Origin: Polyangiaceae bacterium
GTDB lineage: Bacteria > Myxococcota_A > Polyangia > Polyangiales > Polyangiaceae
Assembly (NCBI GenBank): GCA_044376115.1
Contig: JBILLK010000045.1
Span: 1-46,757, forward strand
Direction: 5' to 3'
Length of the DNA stretch: 46,757 bases
Position 1 is the stretch's first letter. Each line of letters opens with the position of its first letter. Under the pieces are notes generated by a model. It was not told the DNA's origin and did no database searches. It saw nothing but the letters and a program-made list of their open reading frames with translations. Below, one piece after another: positions 34,462-43,719 of the stretch. The translations under genes were made by a program, and so were the position numbers.

Positions 34462-35316
34462 TCAGCGAGCGGGAGGCGGGCTCGCGGGCGGACAGACCCG
34501 ATAGGCTGGCGGCACGAGGACGATCTTGGTGATCGCCGCCGGTACGACCAACAAAGGTCGAAGATCCGGTACGACGACGGGCGGCGCCTCCTGCCTGGGG
34601 ATGCGCGGCATGTCTTGACCGCCCGCTCCGCACGGGATCGGCATGAAGGTGGCGGTCACGGTGTCGCCCTCCACCATCAACGCTTCCAGAGACGATCCGG
34701 GCAGCGGAATGCCGACGATGTGGTGGTCCGATTGGTCGATCTCGACGGCGCTCGGTGAGACAGGGCAATCTGCACGAAGGGGCAAATGACTCGTGCCAAG
34801 TCGAAGGTTCAAGGGGCCTTCGGCCGTTTTCTTCGGAGAAGGCACGAGTCATTCTTGTTGCTGCATCCACCTTCGGTGGAATCCTTCTGCCGGGTGTAGA
34901 CGCGTGCGGGCGTTCGATCGGGTTCTGGTCCGTAGTTGCCCACGGCTGCCGGGCAGCCCTCGCGCGGTGTGACATAAACGAGCGGCAGCGACGGTGGCCC
35001 CAGCGGACCCTGCGGCGCAGCCATGTTGCAGGGCGTGCACTTGGGCGCCTCCTGGACGTTATCCACGACACTGTGGACACACGCGCAAGGTCCCGCGGTC
35101 GTGTAGGAGAACGTCCCGCTTTCCACCGACCCGCACAACACCGCGGGCGCCGCGTCGGCCGGGAACCGCAAGGCGATGCGCTCTTCTTCGGTAAGGGGGT
35201 GACAGGCGGGCGCCTCAGCCGAAGCCTCAGCCGAAGCGTCCTGGGGCGTCACGCCAGCGCCGCAGCCGGCGAGCGCGGCAACAGCGCAAATGGAGGAGAG
35301 CTTGCGTACGATCCAT
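34462..35316 (-). pseudogene. Probable frameshifted lipoprotein gene
   Basis: Signal-like VRKLSSICAVAALAGC has no in-frame start (nearest ATG is off-frame). Coding continues over two overlapping ORFs, 34809-35252 and 34462-34845. Confidence 0.35.
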
Positions 35317-35361
35317 GGTGGAGCGGTAACGCTATCCGCATTCTGGCCTTACATACGGCCA

Positions 35362-35606
35362 GTGACATTGGGCCCCGCGATAACTTATCGGACGCCCGAA
35401 TGTCGCACCGGCCGGGAGCGGCGCGGCACGCTCGGGGACCTCGCGTTGCAAACGGCGCGATCTCTGCGGCGCTTCGTGCGGCGTTTCCAGCGGCTTCGCG
35501 CGCGCCCTACTCGTGCGCGGTCCCAATTGCGCCGGGCCTGATCGAGCCTGCGCGCGCCCGTGCGACATTGGGCCGGGCGATAAACCATCGGGGGCCTGAA
35601 TGTCGC
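35362..35606. repeat. Double-hairpin element, copy 3 (second subfamily)
   Basis: Hairpins at 35362-35406 and 35562-35606; near-identical to copy 4 over ~275 bp. Confidence 0.9.
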
Positions 35607-35651
35607 TTGCCCGGGCGGCTGCGCGTTCGGAGCTGACGCCGCTCACGCCCC

Positions 35652-35958
35652 TTACTTGGCGGTCACGTCGAGGCGGATCAGCACGGTGTCCCGGATGAGG
35701 TCGTTGGGCTTGCCGGGTAAACTCGGCGACGGTCTTCACCTCGTCTTTGCCGAGCGTGACGTTGGCGGGGAAGCTGACGCTCTTCTCGACGCCTCGGAGC
35801 TTCAGGTTGCCCGTGATCATGTGGGTCGCTCCGCCGGCGGTGTCCTTCGTCAGCTCGGTCAGCTCGAAGGTGCTTGTAGGGTGCTCGGACACGTCGAAGA
35901 AGTCGGCCGACTTCAAATGCTCGTCCAGCATGGCAACGTCGGTCTTCAAGCTGGCTAT
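35652..35958 (-). pseudogene. Truncated YceI-family (polyisoprenoid-binding) gene remnant
   Basis: LDEHLKSADFFDV..HPTSTF, ITGNLKLRGVEKSVSF, then a frame change into PGKPNDLIRDTVLIRLDVTAK*. The N-terminus is missing. Confidence 0.8.
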
Positions 35959-36230
35959 GCAGCGCCGCACCAAGCGAGCCGCTTCTCCTCGAGCGCCTCT
36001 CGAACAACGTCCGCCACGCTCGAGCCGTTGCCATTGCGCACACGTTCCTCCGCGAAGGCCAGCGCGCACGATGGCGGATTGTGCCCGAGATGGTTCATCT
36101 CAAGGCGAATGGGCGTGCGGGTTGCGACTTTGGCTGGCGGCGGGACCGCTGGCCGCCGGCATCGGCTGACGCGCGTTCGCGGCGGGCGGTATCCTTTGTG
36201 CGGAGGGCCCGGCCTAGCTAGAACGGCCTC

Positions 36231-36983
36231 ATGGCCTACACTGATCCGTCCGTCCGCTTGCAGCTGCAGCTGCCATCGCTCTCAGGCGTTCTCCCCAAAC
36301 TTCGGGAGGACCTCGATGCGGCAGTCGCCCTTCTCGACTCTTTCCCCATCCGCGTCGACTACCTCCGATCGGCGACGCCGGACAGCGATGTCCGGTTCCA
36401 GGTCAGCCGGCCGTACGACTATGCAGCGAGCACTCTCGAGGCGTACGGCAAGAAGACCAAGAACGCCGAGCTGCGGGAGTTAGCGGATTGGCTGAGCAAC
36501 ACCAGCAAACTTCTGTGTGCGGCCCACGAGACGAAAGAAGCATGGTTGCGAGAGCCCGCAACGCCGTCGCAGCTGGCGGCCCTCGGCGATGCCATTCCAT
36601 TTGAGTTGCCTCTTGAGGTGAGCACCCTTCTCCGCATCAGCAACGGCTTGGCCCAAGGCGTGGTCCCGGACAAGCGCCGAGACTTCTTGTTCGCCGACGT
36701 CGACACGCTGGCGCGCGAGTTCCGCTTCCTTGTCGAGAATAGCGGCGCCACCAACTATCTCCCCGCCTTCACGTCGAACGGGAACCACATCCTGATCAAG
36801 CTCGACGAGGTCGACGAGCTGCGCAAGGCGTCGCTGGCGCTTGGCACCAAGGGGAAGCCCCGCCCCGTACGGCACCACGACGCCATCCTTTTCGACCACG
36901 AAGAGGGTCTCGCCGCGGCCCGTGCCTTTTCCAGCGCGTCCCAGCTGTACACTGGCTTTGCGCCCGCTCTGTGGGAGGGTTGA
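36231..36983 (+). CDS. SMI1/KNR4 (SUKH) domain protein, putative immunity protein
   Basis: PATPSQLAALGDAIPFELPLEVSTLLRISNG plus NGNHILI and FDHEE. Confidence 0.7.
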   Translation: MAYTDPSVRLQLQLPSLSGVLPKLREDLDAAVALLDSFPIRVDYLRSATPDSDVRFQVSRPYDYAASTLEAYGKKTKNAELRELADWLSNTSKLLCAAHETKEAWLREPATPSQLAALGDAIPFELPLEVSTLLRISNGLAQGVVPDKRRDFLFADVDTLAREFRFLVENSGATNYLPAFTSNGNHILIKLDEVDELRKASLALGTKGKPRPVRHHDAILFDHEEGLAAARAFSSASQLYTGFAPALWEG

Positions 36984-37102
36984 CTCAGCGCCCTCTGCTC
37001 CACGACCCAGCGCACGAGGTCCATGACGAGCAGTCAGACGTCGTCGCAATCGTTTCACTGGAACCTGCCCTCGTGCAGCCGACTGGTGCAGCGAACCCGC
37101 CA

Positions 37103-37347
37103 GTGACATTGGGCCCCGCGATAACTTATCGGACGCCCGAATGTCGCACCGGCCGGGAGCGGCGCGGCACGCTCGGGGACCTCGCGTTGCAAACGGCGCG
37201 ATCTCTGCCGCGTTTCGTGCGGCGTTTCCTGCGGCTTCGCGCGCGCCCGAGTCGTGCGCCGTCCCAATTGCGCAGGGCCTGATCGAGCCTGCGCGCGCCC
37301 GTGCGACATTGGGCCGGGCGATAAACCATCGGGGGCCTGAATGTCGC
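37103..37347. repeat. Double-hairpin element, copy 4
   Basis: Hairpins at 37103-37147 and 37303-37347. Preceded by a 19-bp helicase-gene match and part of the 39-bp unit. Confidence 0.9.
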
Positions 37348-37449
37348 TTGGCCGGGCGGCTGCGCGTTCGGAGCGACGCAACCGCCGAAGCAAACACGAT
37401 TGAGGTCCGAAGGTGTTCGCTCGCGCCGCAGATGCCGAACGCTGGGGAG

Positions 37450-38712
37450 CTACAGCCCCGTGCAGTCGAACCGCGTGAGCTCGACACGCGACGCATCGGA
37501 CACGGGTATGGTCCTGGCCACGAGGAGCGATCCCCGATCGGGAGACACGGTGAGCGCGAGGGAGTCGATGGGGCCGGCGAGCACGCCCGTTGCGACGGAT
37601 TGAGCCTCGGCGTCGAAGACCTCGAGGGAGGTGCTATCCCCGATCGAGTACGCGAGAACGAAGCCATCTCCCGCGGGGGAGGCAGAAAATGGGTACGCGT
37701 CTCTGGTCGACAGCGGGAGCAGCGGACCCACCGCTCCGCCGTTGACGTCGAGTCGTTGTGCATACGTCGTGAAGGGGCCGAGCGCGACATCGGGGCCCTC
37801 GGTTAGGATGAGCCACGCTCCGTCGCTGCGAGGCGTGAGCGACACGTGGTACACGACCTCGTCGCCGAACACGCCACCGAGCGTCGACGCAAGCTCGCCA
37901 GCCTCATCCACGTGATAGCGGGAGACCTCGACGAACTCCTCGATCGGCGTCGAGTTGCAACTCGCCTCGCTCCGTTTGTGCGTTGCGACCAGGAAGGCTC
38001 CCGGGACGGCGGTGATCTCGCTCTTGTTCACGCCGCTCTTACAAAACTCGACGATGTCCGAGGCCTCGCTCGGCCAAGCGAAGGTCTGCAGCGGGAGTCC
38101 CTGCTCGGGGCTCAGCCAACGCAGCAAATACTGATCGTCTGTACGAGCCGCTCGATCGAGGTTGGCCGAACCCCCAATCCGCACCGGTTCGGTCGGCGCC
38201 GATGGGATTCCCTCGATGAGGTAGGTCCCCGTCCCGCTCGCCGCGACCAGCCACCCTTCGTCGTTGGTGCTCCCGACGGCGAGTTGCGACCACGACAACT
38301 GATCGATACCTGCTTTCGACGCAGGTGCCAGTGGGATGGGCCACGTCTCCCAAGGCGACAGCATCAGCGTTGCGACTTCATGGTTGCTGCTGGCCCAACC
38401 ACCATTGACCGCGAGCAGCACGTCGCCAGACGCGAGCGTCGTGAGCACTGGATAGGCGTGCCCGATGGCGTCGGCGAGTGGCACCAGCTCCGAACTGCCG
38501 TGAAGGGTCAGTGCGCCTGCGACACACTGGGGTTGCGGGTCCGCACCGCCGTCACCTCCGCCGGATGCGCCGTCACCTCCGCCGGATGCGCCGTCACCTC
38601 CGCCGGATGCGCCCACACCGCTGGCTCCGCCATCGTCCTCGATCTTGACCTGGGCGCACGCGCCCATCAGCAGCAGCCACAGCGCGATGGAGCGTGTTCG
38701 CAAGCACGTCAT
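37450..38712 (-). CDS. Putative lipoprotein, beta-rich, with a GASGGGD repeat
   Basis: MTCLRTRSIALWLLLMGAC lipobox; 420-aa ORF. Confidence 0.7.
   Translation of the reverse strand: MTCLRTRSIALWLLLMGACAQVKIEDDGGASGVGASGGGDGASGGGDGASGGGDGGADPQPQCVAGALTLHGSSELVPLADAIGHAYPVLTTLASGDVLLAVNGGWASSNHEVATLMLSPWETWPIPLAPASKAGIDQLSWSQLAVGSTNDEGWLVAASGTGTYLIEGIPSAPTEPVRIGGSANLDRAARTDDQYLLRWLSPEQGLPLQTFAWPSEASDIVEFCKSGVNKSEITAVPGAFLVATHKRSEASCNSTPIEEFVEVSRYHVDEAGELASTLGGVFGDEVVYHVSLTPRSDGAWLILTEGPDVALGPFTTYAQRLDVNGGAVGPLLPLSTRDAYPFSASPAGDGFVLAYSIGDSTSLEVFDAEAQSVATGVLAGPIDSLALTVSPDRGSLLVARTIPVSDASRVELTRFDCTGL
38547..38613. repeat. In-frame 21-bp tandem repeat x3
   Basis: CGCCGTCACCTCCGCCGGATG occurs three times, encoding Gly-rich linker repeats on the minus strand. 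Confidence 0.9.
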
Positions 38713-38828
38713 GGGATCACGTCTACGTGTCGTCCAGGTCGGCAGCAATTGGCCGCCGGGCGGTCCGGACACGTGCAGGTCCAGCTGGGTGACAGTCGAA
38801 CTCGGCGGGATCTGCTATTCCGTTCTCG

Positions 38829-40691
38829 ATGTCTCTGGCCGTTTTTCCACCGATCGTTGGGCGCGAGGAGCTTCGCTACCAGTCTGAGCTTCTCCAGCTC
38901 GGCGCCGTCCCCGAGGCTGCGCAGCTCTCGTTCGAGGTTGTCGAGGGTCATGTCCGGCTCAGCGCGTACGGCCCCGAAGGCAGCGCGTACGCGTGGGAGA
39001 TCGCGTCGCCTTACGAGGTTTGGCCGCCCGCGGTGTCAGCGAGCGAAGCGGCGGCGCCTCTCGAGTCGTTCGCGGGTCCCATCGAGGTGGCGACGTGGCC
39101 CGACGGATGCTCACTCGCGTTGGGCCCGGGCGGCCACGCTCGCTGGATCCCTCACGCGGAAGCGAACGCCGCGGAGGGTCTGCGCGGAGCTTCCTTCGTC
39201 TGTTCGCTGCGCGACGACTTCGATCTCGTGATCGAACGCATGGCGGAAGGGGAACGCCTGCCCGTCGGCGCCGTTGCGCTCTCGAATCGCTATGCGCGCG
39301 CCTTGGTTACAAACGATGGCGCGCTCTGGCTCGCGGCCACCGAGCGACTCGACCGCAGCGTCGCAGAGGTCTTTTACGCCGACTCGACGGTTCGCTGCCT
39401 CGGCAGCATGCCCTGCCCCGCCTGGAGAGATACGCTACCACTCGTCGGTCTGATCGAGCGCGAGGGCGGAGCCTGGCTGCTCTTTCGACATCGGTATTCG
39501 ATCGTCGCGCGGGCGGTCGACTGGAGCGGCTTCGGGGTCGAATGGTCGACAGGCTGGGCGTTGATGGGAACCGACGAGGTGCAGTTCGGTCGCTGTGGCA
39601 ACGGCCTGATCGCGTCGGTGGTCCAGTCCCTGGCGATGTGGGATCCAGAGACCGAGCGCAGGTTGCTCGTGCTCGCGACAGACGGAGAACACACCACGCG
39701 TGCGCTTGGCTGTCCGCCGGGCGAATCGCCGGTTGCGCGAGGGACGGCGCTCGCTGTCGGCCCAAACGGCGAATCAATCCTCGTGGCGTACGTCACCACG
39801 TCCGGCCTCGTGGTTGCGCGCGCTGACTTCGGGACGGCCGCCGAACCAGCAGATCCGTGGGACGCAAAGGCCGTCGCGCGAGCCGAGCAGGCCTACGCGG
39901 AAAGGCTAAAGGCGGCTGAGCCCGAGGCCGAGGAACAGGAAGAGGAAGAGGACCTCTCCGAGCCGCTCTTCGAGTCGGATGCGCGGCCGAGCTGTCGCGA
40001 AGTGATTGAGGGTTTGCGCGCTACGGCGTTGGCCACTGCGCTCTTCGTGATGGCCCATCCGAATCTCAATGAGGACGCGTATCGCGGGGACAACGAGCGC
40101 GGGAGCTACATGATCTCGAACGGTCAGGGAGACCTCATGGTGTTCGCCTGGAACGAGCACGGCATCGTCGCCACGGCGTTCGAGCATGAACTCACCGACG
40201 AAGAGGCTGACCTGCCCATCGAGGAGAGGCGACCGTTGCGTTTTCTGGGCAAGATCCCGCGCAAGTTGTTGCCGCTCGCGAAGAAGGCCCTCACGTTGTC
40301 GGGACATTCCGTGACCGGCGGCCTCTGGATGACCGAGGAGGAAGGTCGGCGCGGCGGTGAGCTCATGGATTTGCTGATGTATGTTTCGCCGAGTTCCGCC
40401 TCGACCGAAGAGTCGAACGACGCGGCGGAACCGGCCGGTCCGGAGGGCCAGCTCACCTGGGATGTCCTGCTCGAGCGGTTGAGCAACACGACCACGAAGA
40501 CGACGCTCACCGAAGACGAGGTGACAGCTGTGCTCACTGCAGGAGAAGTGGAGGCGAGGCGATACACCGATTCTGCGGCTCTCAGTGTGGAAGGCGTCAA
40601 GCTGGGCGCGAAGAAGCTCGCGCGGCTGCAGGTTGTCTGGCCCGACCCGGCGCGCGCGCTCGCGCGCTTCCGGAAGGCCAAGGCGCCGTAG
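38829..40691 (+). CDS. Hypothetical two-domain protein (620 aa)
   Basis: Long ORF with protein-like composition; an acidic linker EAEEQEEEEDL separates two halves. Confidence 0.65.
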   Translation: MSLAVFPPIVGREELRYQSELLQLGAVPEAAQLSFEVVEGHVRLSAYGPEGSAYAWEIASPYEVWPPAVSASEAAAPLESFAGPIEVATWPDGCSLALGPGGHARWIPHAEANAAEGLRGASFVCSLRDDFDLVIERMAEGERLPVGAVALSNRYARALVTNDGALWLAATERLDRSVAEVFYADSTVRCLGSMPCPAWRDTLPLVGLIEREGGAWLLFRHRYSIVARAVDWSGFGVEWSTGWALMGTDEVQFGRCGNGLIASVVQSLAMWDPETERRLLVLATDGEHTTRALGCPPGESPVARGTALAVGPNGESILVAYVTTSGLVVARADFGTAAEPADPWDAKAVARAEQAYAERLKAAEPEAEEQEEEEDLSEPLFESDARPSCREVIEGLRATALATALFVMAHPNLNEDAYRGDNERGSYMISNGQGDLMVFAWNEHGIVATAFEHELTDEEADLPIEERRPLRFLGKIPRKLLPLAKKALTLSGHSVTGGLWMTEEEGRRGGELMDLLMYVSPSSASTEESNDAAEPAGPEGQLTWDVLLERLSNTTTKTTLTEDEVTAVLTAGEVEARRYTDSAALSVEGVKLGAKKLARLQVVWPDPARALARFRKAKAP

Positions 40692-40777
40692 CTTCGCTCG
40701 CTCGAGCTCAACCTCGAGCTGGATGCGCTGTACCAAACCGGCTGGCTTGAGCTGGGACGGCGAGCCGCCGGGCTCAA
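40691..40777 (+). repeat. Scar of the Uma2 gene 3' end plus its downstream hairpin
   Basis: 40698-40733 is identical to 33096-33131 (36 bp), and similarity continues past the Uma2 stop. Confidence 0.9.
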
Positions 40778-40975
40778 ACGAAGGCCGCGCGAGGTCGGGC
40801 CCAGCTCGAGGATGGGCGGCCCGTGAGCGTAACTGGGTCGCGCCTCGGGTTCTCGATCGAGGAAGATCGCCCGGCCTGAAGGCGACCTCGAGCGCCGAGC
40901 ACCCGCGCCCTCGGGTTTGAGCTTCGGGGGCGCTCCAGCGTTGAGGGCTCGGACGTCGCGTGGCAAGTTCGCGGC

Positions 40976-41461
40976 ATGATGAAGCACCTGCTGAACGCTG
41001 TTCCCCTCCTCGCGCTGGGTTGTGTGAGCTACGGCGCGATCGCCCAGAAGCAGGCGTCCACGGAACTCAATTGCCCGGAGGACCAGGTTCGCGTGGAAGA
41101 AGAGGGCGGCGTCCGGACTCGGTTGCTGCGAGCCGAAGGTTGCGGAAACGTCGCCCAATATGAGTGCTGGGACGACTCGATCCAAAACCCGCGGAACGGG
41201 CAGGAGATGGAGCAGGCGGAGCCTGTGTGTCAACTGGTGTACTCCAGCCTGCGCGCCCAGGCGAAGCCGCGAGTGATGAGCGCCGGCGAGTCCGAGTGTC
41301 GTCGAATCTGCGGCGGAGGCGGGGACTCGTGCCGCTCCTCGTGCGGCGCCGGTGACTGCGACGCGATGTGTGGCGAGCTCGAGCGCGGCTGCATCCAGGG
41401 CTGCGTGAACGCGCTACCGCCCGAAGGACCTTCGGCCGCGGCCGTCGGCACAGCGAACTGA
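40976..41461 (+). CDS. Cys-rich putative lipoprotein
   Basis: LLALGC lipobox and a C-terminal CxxxC series. Confidence 0.65.
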   Translation: MMKHLLNAVPLLALGCVSYGAIAQKQASTELNCPEDQVRVEEEGGVRTRLLRAEGCGNVAQYECWDDSIQNPRNGQEMEQAEPVCQLVYSSLRAQAKPRVMSAGESECRRICGGGGDSCRSSCGAGDCDAMCGELERGCIQGCVNALPPEGPSAAAVGTAN

Positions 41462-41497
41462 CCGCTACGACGGGCTGCGGCTCGAGGATGGGTGGCT

Positions 41498-43543
41498 CTA
41501 AGGCTGCGTCGGTTTCCGCTTGGCGTAGCGTCTCGCCATCCGCAGCAGGGTCTCCGCTGAGAACGGCTTGTCCAGGCGTTCATTGGAGACCTGGTCGAGG
41601 AAGGCATGGGCGTCGGGATTGGTGGCGCCACACGATATGAAGACAAACCGCTTTTGGAGCTCCGAGTCGATCAGGCCGGCCAGCCGATAGAGTTCTGGGC
41701 CCGACAAGTGCGGCATCATGAGGTCCGAGAGGATCAAGTCGAACGGTGGGCCGCTGCGCAGCGCCTCCAAGGCCTCCCGCGCGTCGAAGAACAGCACGAC
41801 CTCGTGTTCCTTGCTCAGGAGTCGCCGCAGGGAGTGCGCGACCGCTGGTTCATCGTCAATGACCATCACGCGCGCTCGATCATCCCCTGCCTGCGTCGGC
41901 TGCTCGCCATCGAGGAGCGGGGCGTCCGCCGCACCGTCGAGGATCAACGTAAATGTCGTTCCCACTCCCGGGGTCGACTCCAGGGAGAGCTCGCCACCCA
42001 AGGTCGCGACGATCGTGCGCGAGACGGACAGTCCAAGCCCCGTCCCGACACCAACGGGCTTCGTGGTGAAGAAAGGGTCGAAGACTCGACGTTGGAGATC
42101 GAGCGGGATGCCGGAGCCGTTGTCCTTGACCTCGACGACGACCTTCCCGTCGGGGCGCGTGCGGCCCGAAATGGTGATGCGGTTGGACGTCATGTCCTCC
42201 TTCTCGAACGCCTGCGCGGCGTTGACGATCAAGTTGACGATGACCTGGATGAGACGCGACTCGTCTGCAACGACTCGCACGCCTTCCTCGAAGTCGACGA
42301 CGATCTCAGCTCGGTTCCTTGTCTCATGCACCGCCATCCCCAGCGACGAGGCGACCGCGGCGGCCATGTCGATGCTCGAGAGCGCGACGTCCTCACGTGC
42401 GAGCGCTCGAAGCCCCCGAACGATCCTCCGAATCCGCTCGGTACCCACCCGAGACTCCATCAGGCTCGCGATGGTCTCGCGCATCCTGTGCGAGGGGGAA
42501 GGACCCGAGATTTCACGCAGCTCATCGAGCGCGAACTCCAGGTTGCCGAGAATGTACGCGAGGGGGTTATTGATCTCGTGGCCGATGCCTGCCACCAGGG
42601 TGCCAATCGTGGCGAAGCGTTCCTGCTGACTCGCTCGTTCGGTGAGGGCCTTTAGCTCGGTGATGTCGTGGAACGTCGTGACCACCTCCACGAGGCGTCC
42701 ATCGACCATCCGCGGCATCGAGTTGATGCTGATCCACGTGAGGTTGCCTGCCTCCGTGGGCAGGCCCATGACGACGCCGCGCGTGGGAACGCCGGTCTCG
42801 AGCGTGATCATGGCCGGATGTTCCACGCCGGGGAACGGACGTCCGTCCTCACGGACCGCGCGCCACGCAGGATCGACAGAGGTGCGGCCCTCGATTTCTC
42901 GCAGGTTGAGGATCTCGGTCGCTGCGCGATTATGACCGACGATGGCTCCAGTCACGTCCTGAAGAACCACCCCGTCCGCCATCGTCTCCAGGACTGCGGC
43001 CAACCGATCCGCCGCAGCGCGCGCCTCTCGGCGCTCCCTCGCCAGCTCGAGGCGACCGCGGCGAGCCTCGAGCTGCTCTACGACCTGGGACGCGAGGAGC
43101 TCGAGCATCTCCAGGTCGTCCGCGGAGGGCTCGCGCGGTGCGCGATCGATCACGCAGAGCGTACCGAGGACGGCGCCTTCTGTCGTCTTCAGGGGGATTC
43201 CGGCGTAAAACCGGATGCCAGGTGCTCCGACTACGAGCGGGTTGTCGTGGAAGCGAGGGTCCGTCTGGGCATCCCCTACGATCAGGCGCTGCCCTTGCGC
43301 GACCACATGACCGCAAAAGGAAACATCCCGGCCCGTCTCGCACACGTCGAGCCCATACCGCGCCTTGAACCACTGCCGATTAGCGTCGACGAGGGAAACC
43401 AACGCGATGGGTACTTCCATGATTCGCGCCGCCAGCCGCGCCAGGTCGTCGAACGAAGGTTCAGGCACCGTGTCGAGCACCGCATAGGACCGCAGAGCCA
43501 GGAGGCGAGAATCCTCGTTCGGGGGGGCGGCGGGCGGCTCCAT
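41498..43543 (-). CDS. Hybrid sensor histidine kinase (GAF-PAS-HisKA-HATPase-REC)
   Basis: GAF RLLALRSYAVLDT..IRFYAGIPL, H-box GHEINNPL, N-box NLIVNAAQA, DNGSG, FFTTK, GTGLGL, receiver VIDDE...SDLMMP...KPF. Confidence 0.93.
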   Translation of the reverse strand: MEPPAAPPNEDSRLLALRSYAVLDTVPEPSFDDLARLAARIMEVPIALVSLVDANRQWFKARYGLDVCETGRDVSFCGHVVAQGQRLIVGDAQTDPRFHDNPLVVGAPGIRFYAGIPLKTTEGAVLGTLCVIDRAPREPSADDLEMLELLASQVVEQLEARRGRLELARERREARAAADRLAAVLETMADGVVLQDVTGAIVGHNRAATEILNLREIEGRTSVDPAWRAVREDGRPFPGVEHPAMITLETGVPTRGVVMGLPTEAGNLTWISINSMPRMVDGRLVEVVTTFHDITELKALTERASQQERFATIGTLVAGIGHEINNPLAYILGNLEFALDELREISGPSPSHRMRETIASLMESRVGTERIRRIVRGLRALAREDVALSSIDMAAAVASSLGMAVHETRNRAEIVVDFEEGVRVVADESRLIQVIVNLIVNAAQAFEKEDMTSNRITISGRTRPDGKVVVEVKDNGSGIPLDLQRRVFDPFFTTKPVGVGTGLGLSVSRTIVATLGGELSLESTPGVGTTFTLILDGAADAPLLDGEQPTQAGDDRARVMVIDDEPAVAHSLRRLLSKEHEVVLFFDAREALEALRSGPPFDLILSDLMMPHLSGPELYRLAGLIDSELQKRFVFISCGATNPDAHAFLDQVSNERLDKPFSAETLLRMARRYAKRKPTQP

Positions 43544-43719
43544 CGTGCAAAACGTAGCCCTACTGCGACCGATCGAGCGGTGCAAAGTCCTTGCGCGCTA
43601 AACGATGAACCTCGCGCGAAGGCAACCATCGAACGCAGGAGCCCGGCCGCCACGACGCTTCCGTGCTCGTTCCAGCGGGTCCGTTGACGTCCTCTCCTCG
43701 CAAGGTGAATCCTCCAACG

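Noticed and set aside
31125..37347. Canonical integron attC sites
   Set aside because: No clear RYYYAAC/GTTRRRY core sites, intervening genes are in mixed orientation and there is no intI gene. Kept only as an analogy.
31056..37806. ORFs sharing ITYPAPQCRTGRER / INHRGPECR peptides as a repeated protein family
   Set aside because: They are translations of the DNA hairpin elements, with inconsistent starts and frames.
43521..43527. G7 tract near the histidine kinase start as a phase-variation switch
   Set aside because: It is short, encodes Ala-Pro-Pro codons and is expected by chance at this GC content.
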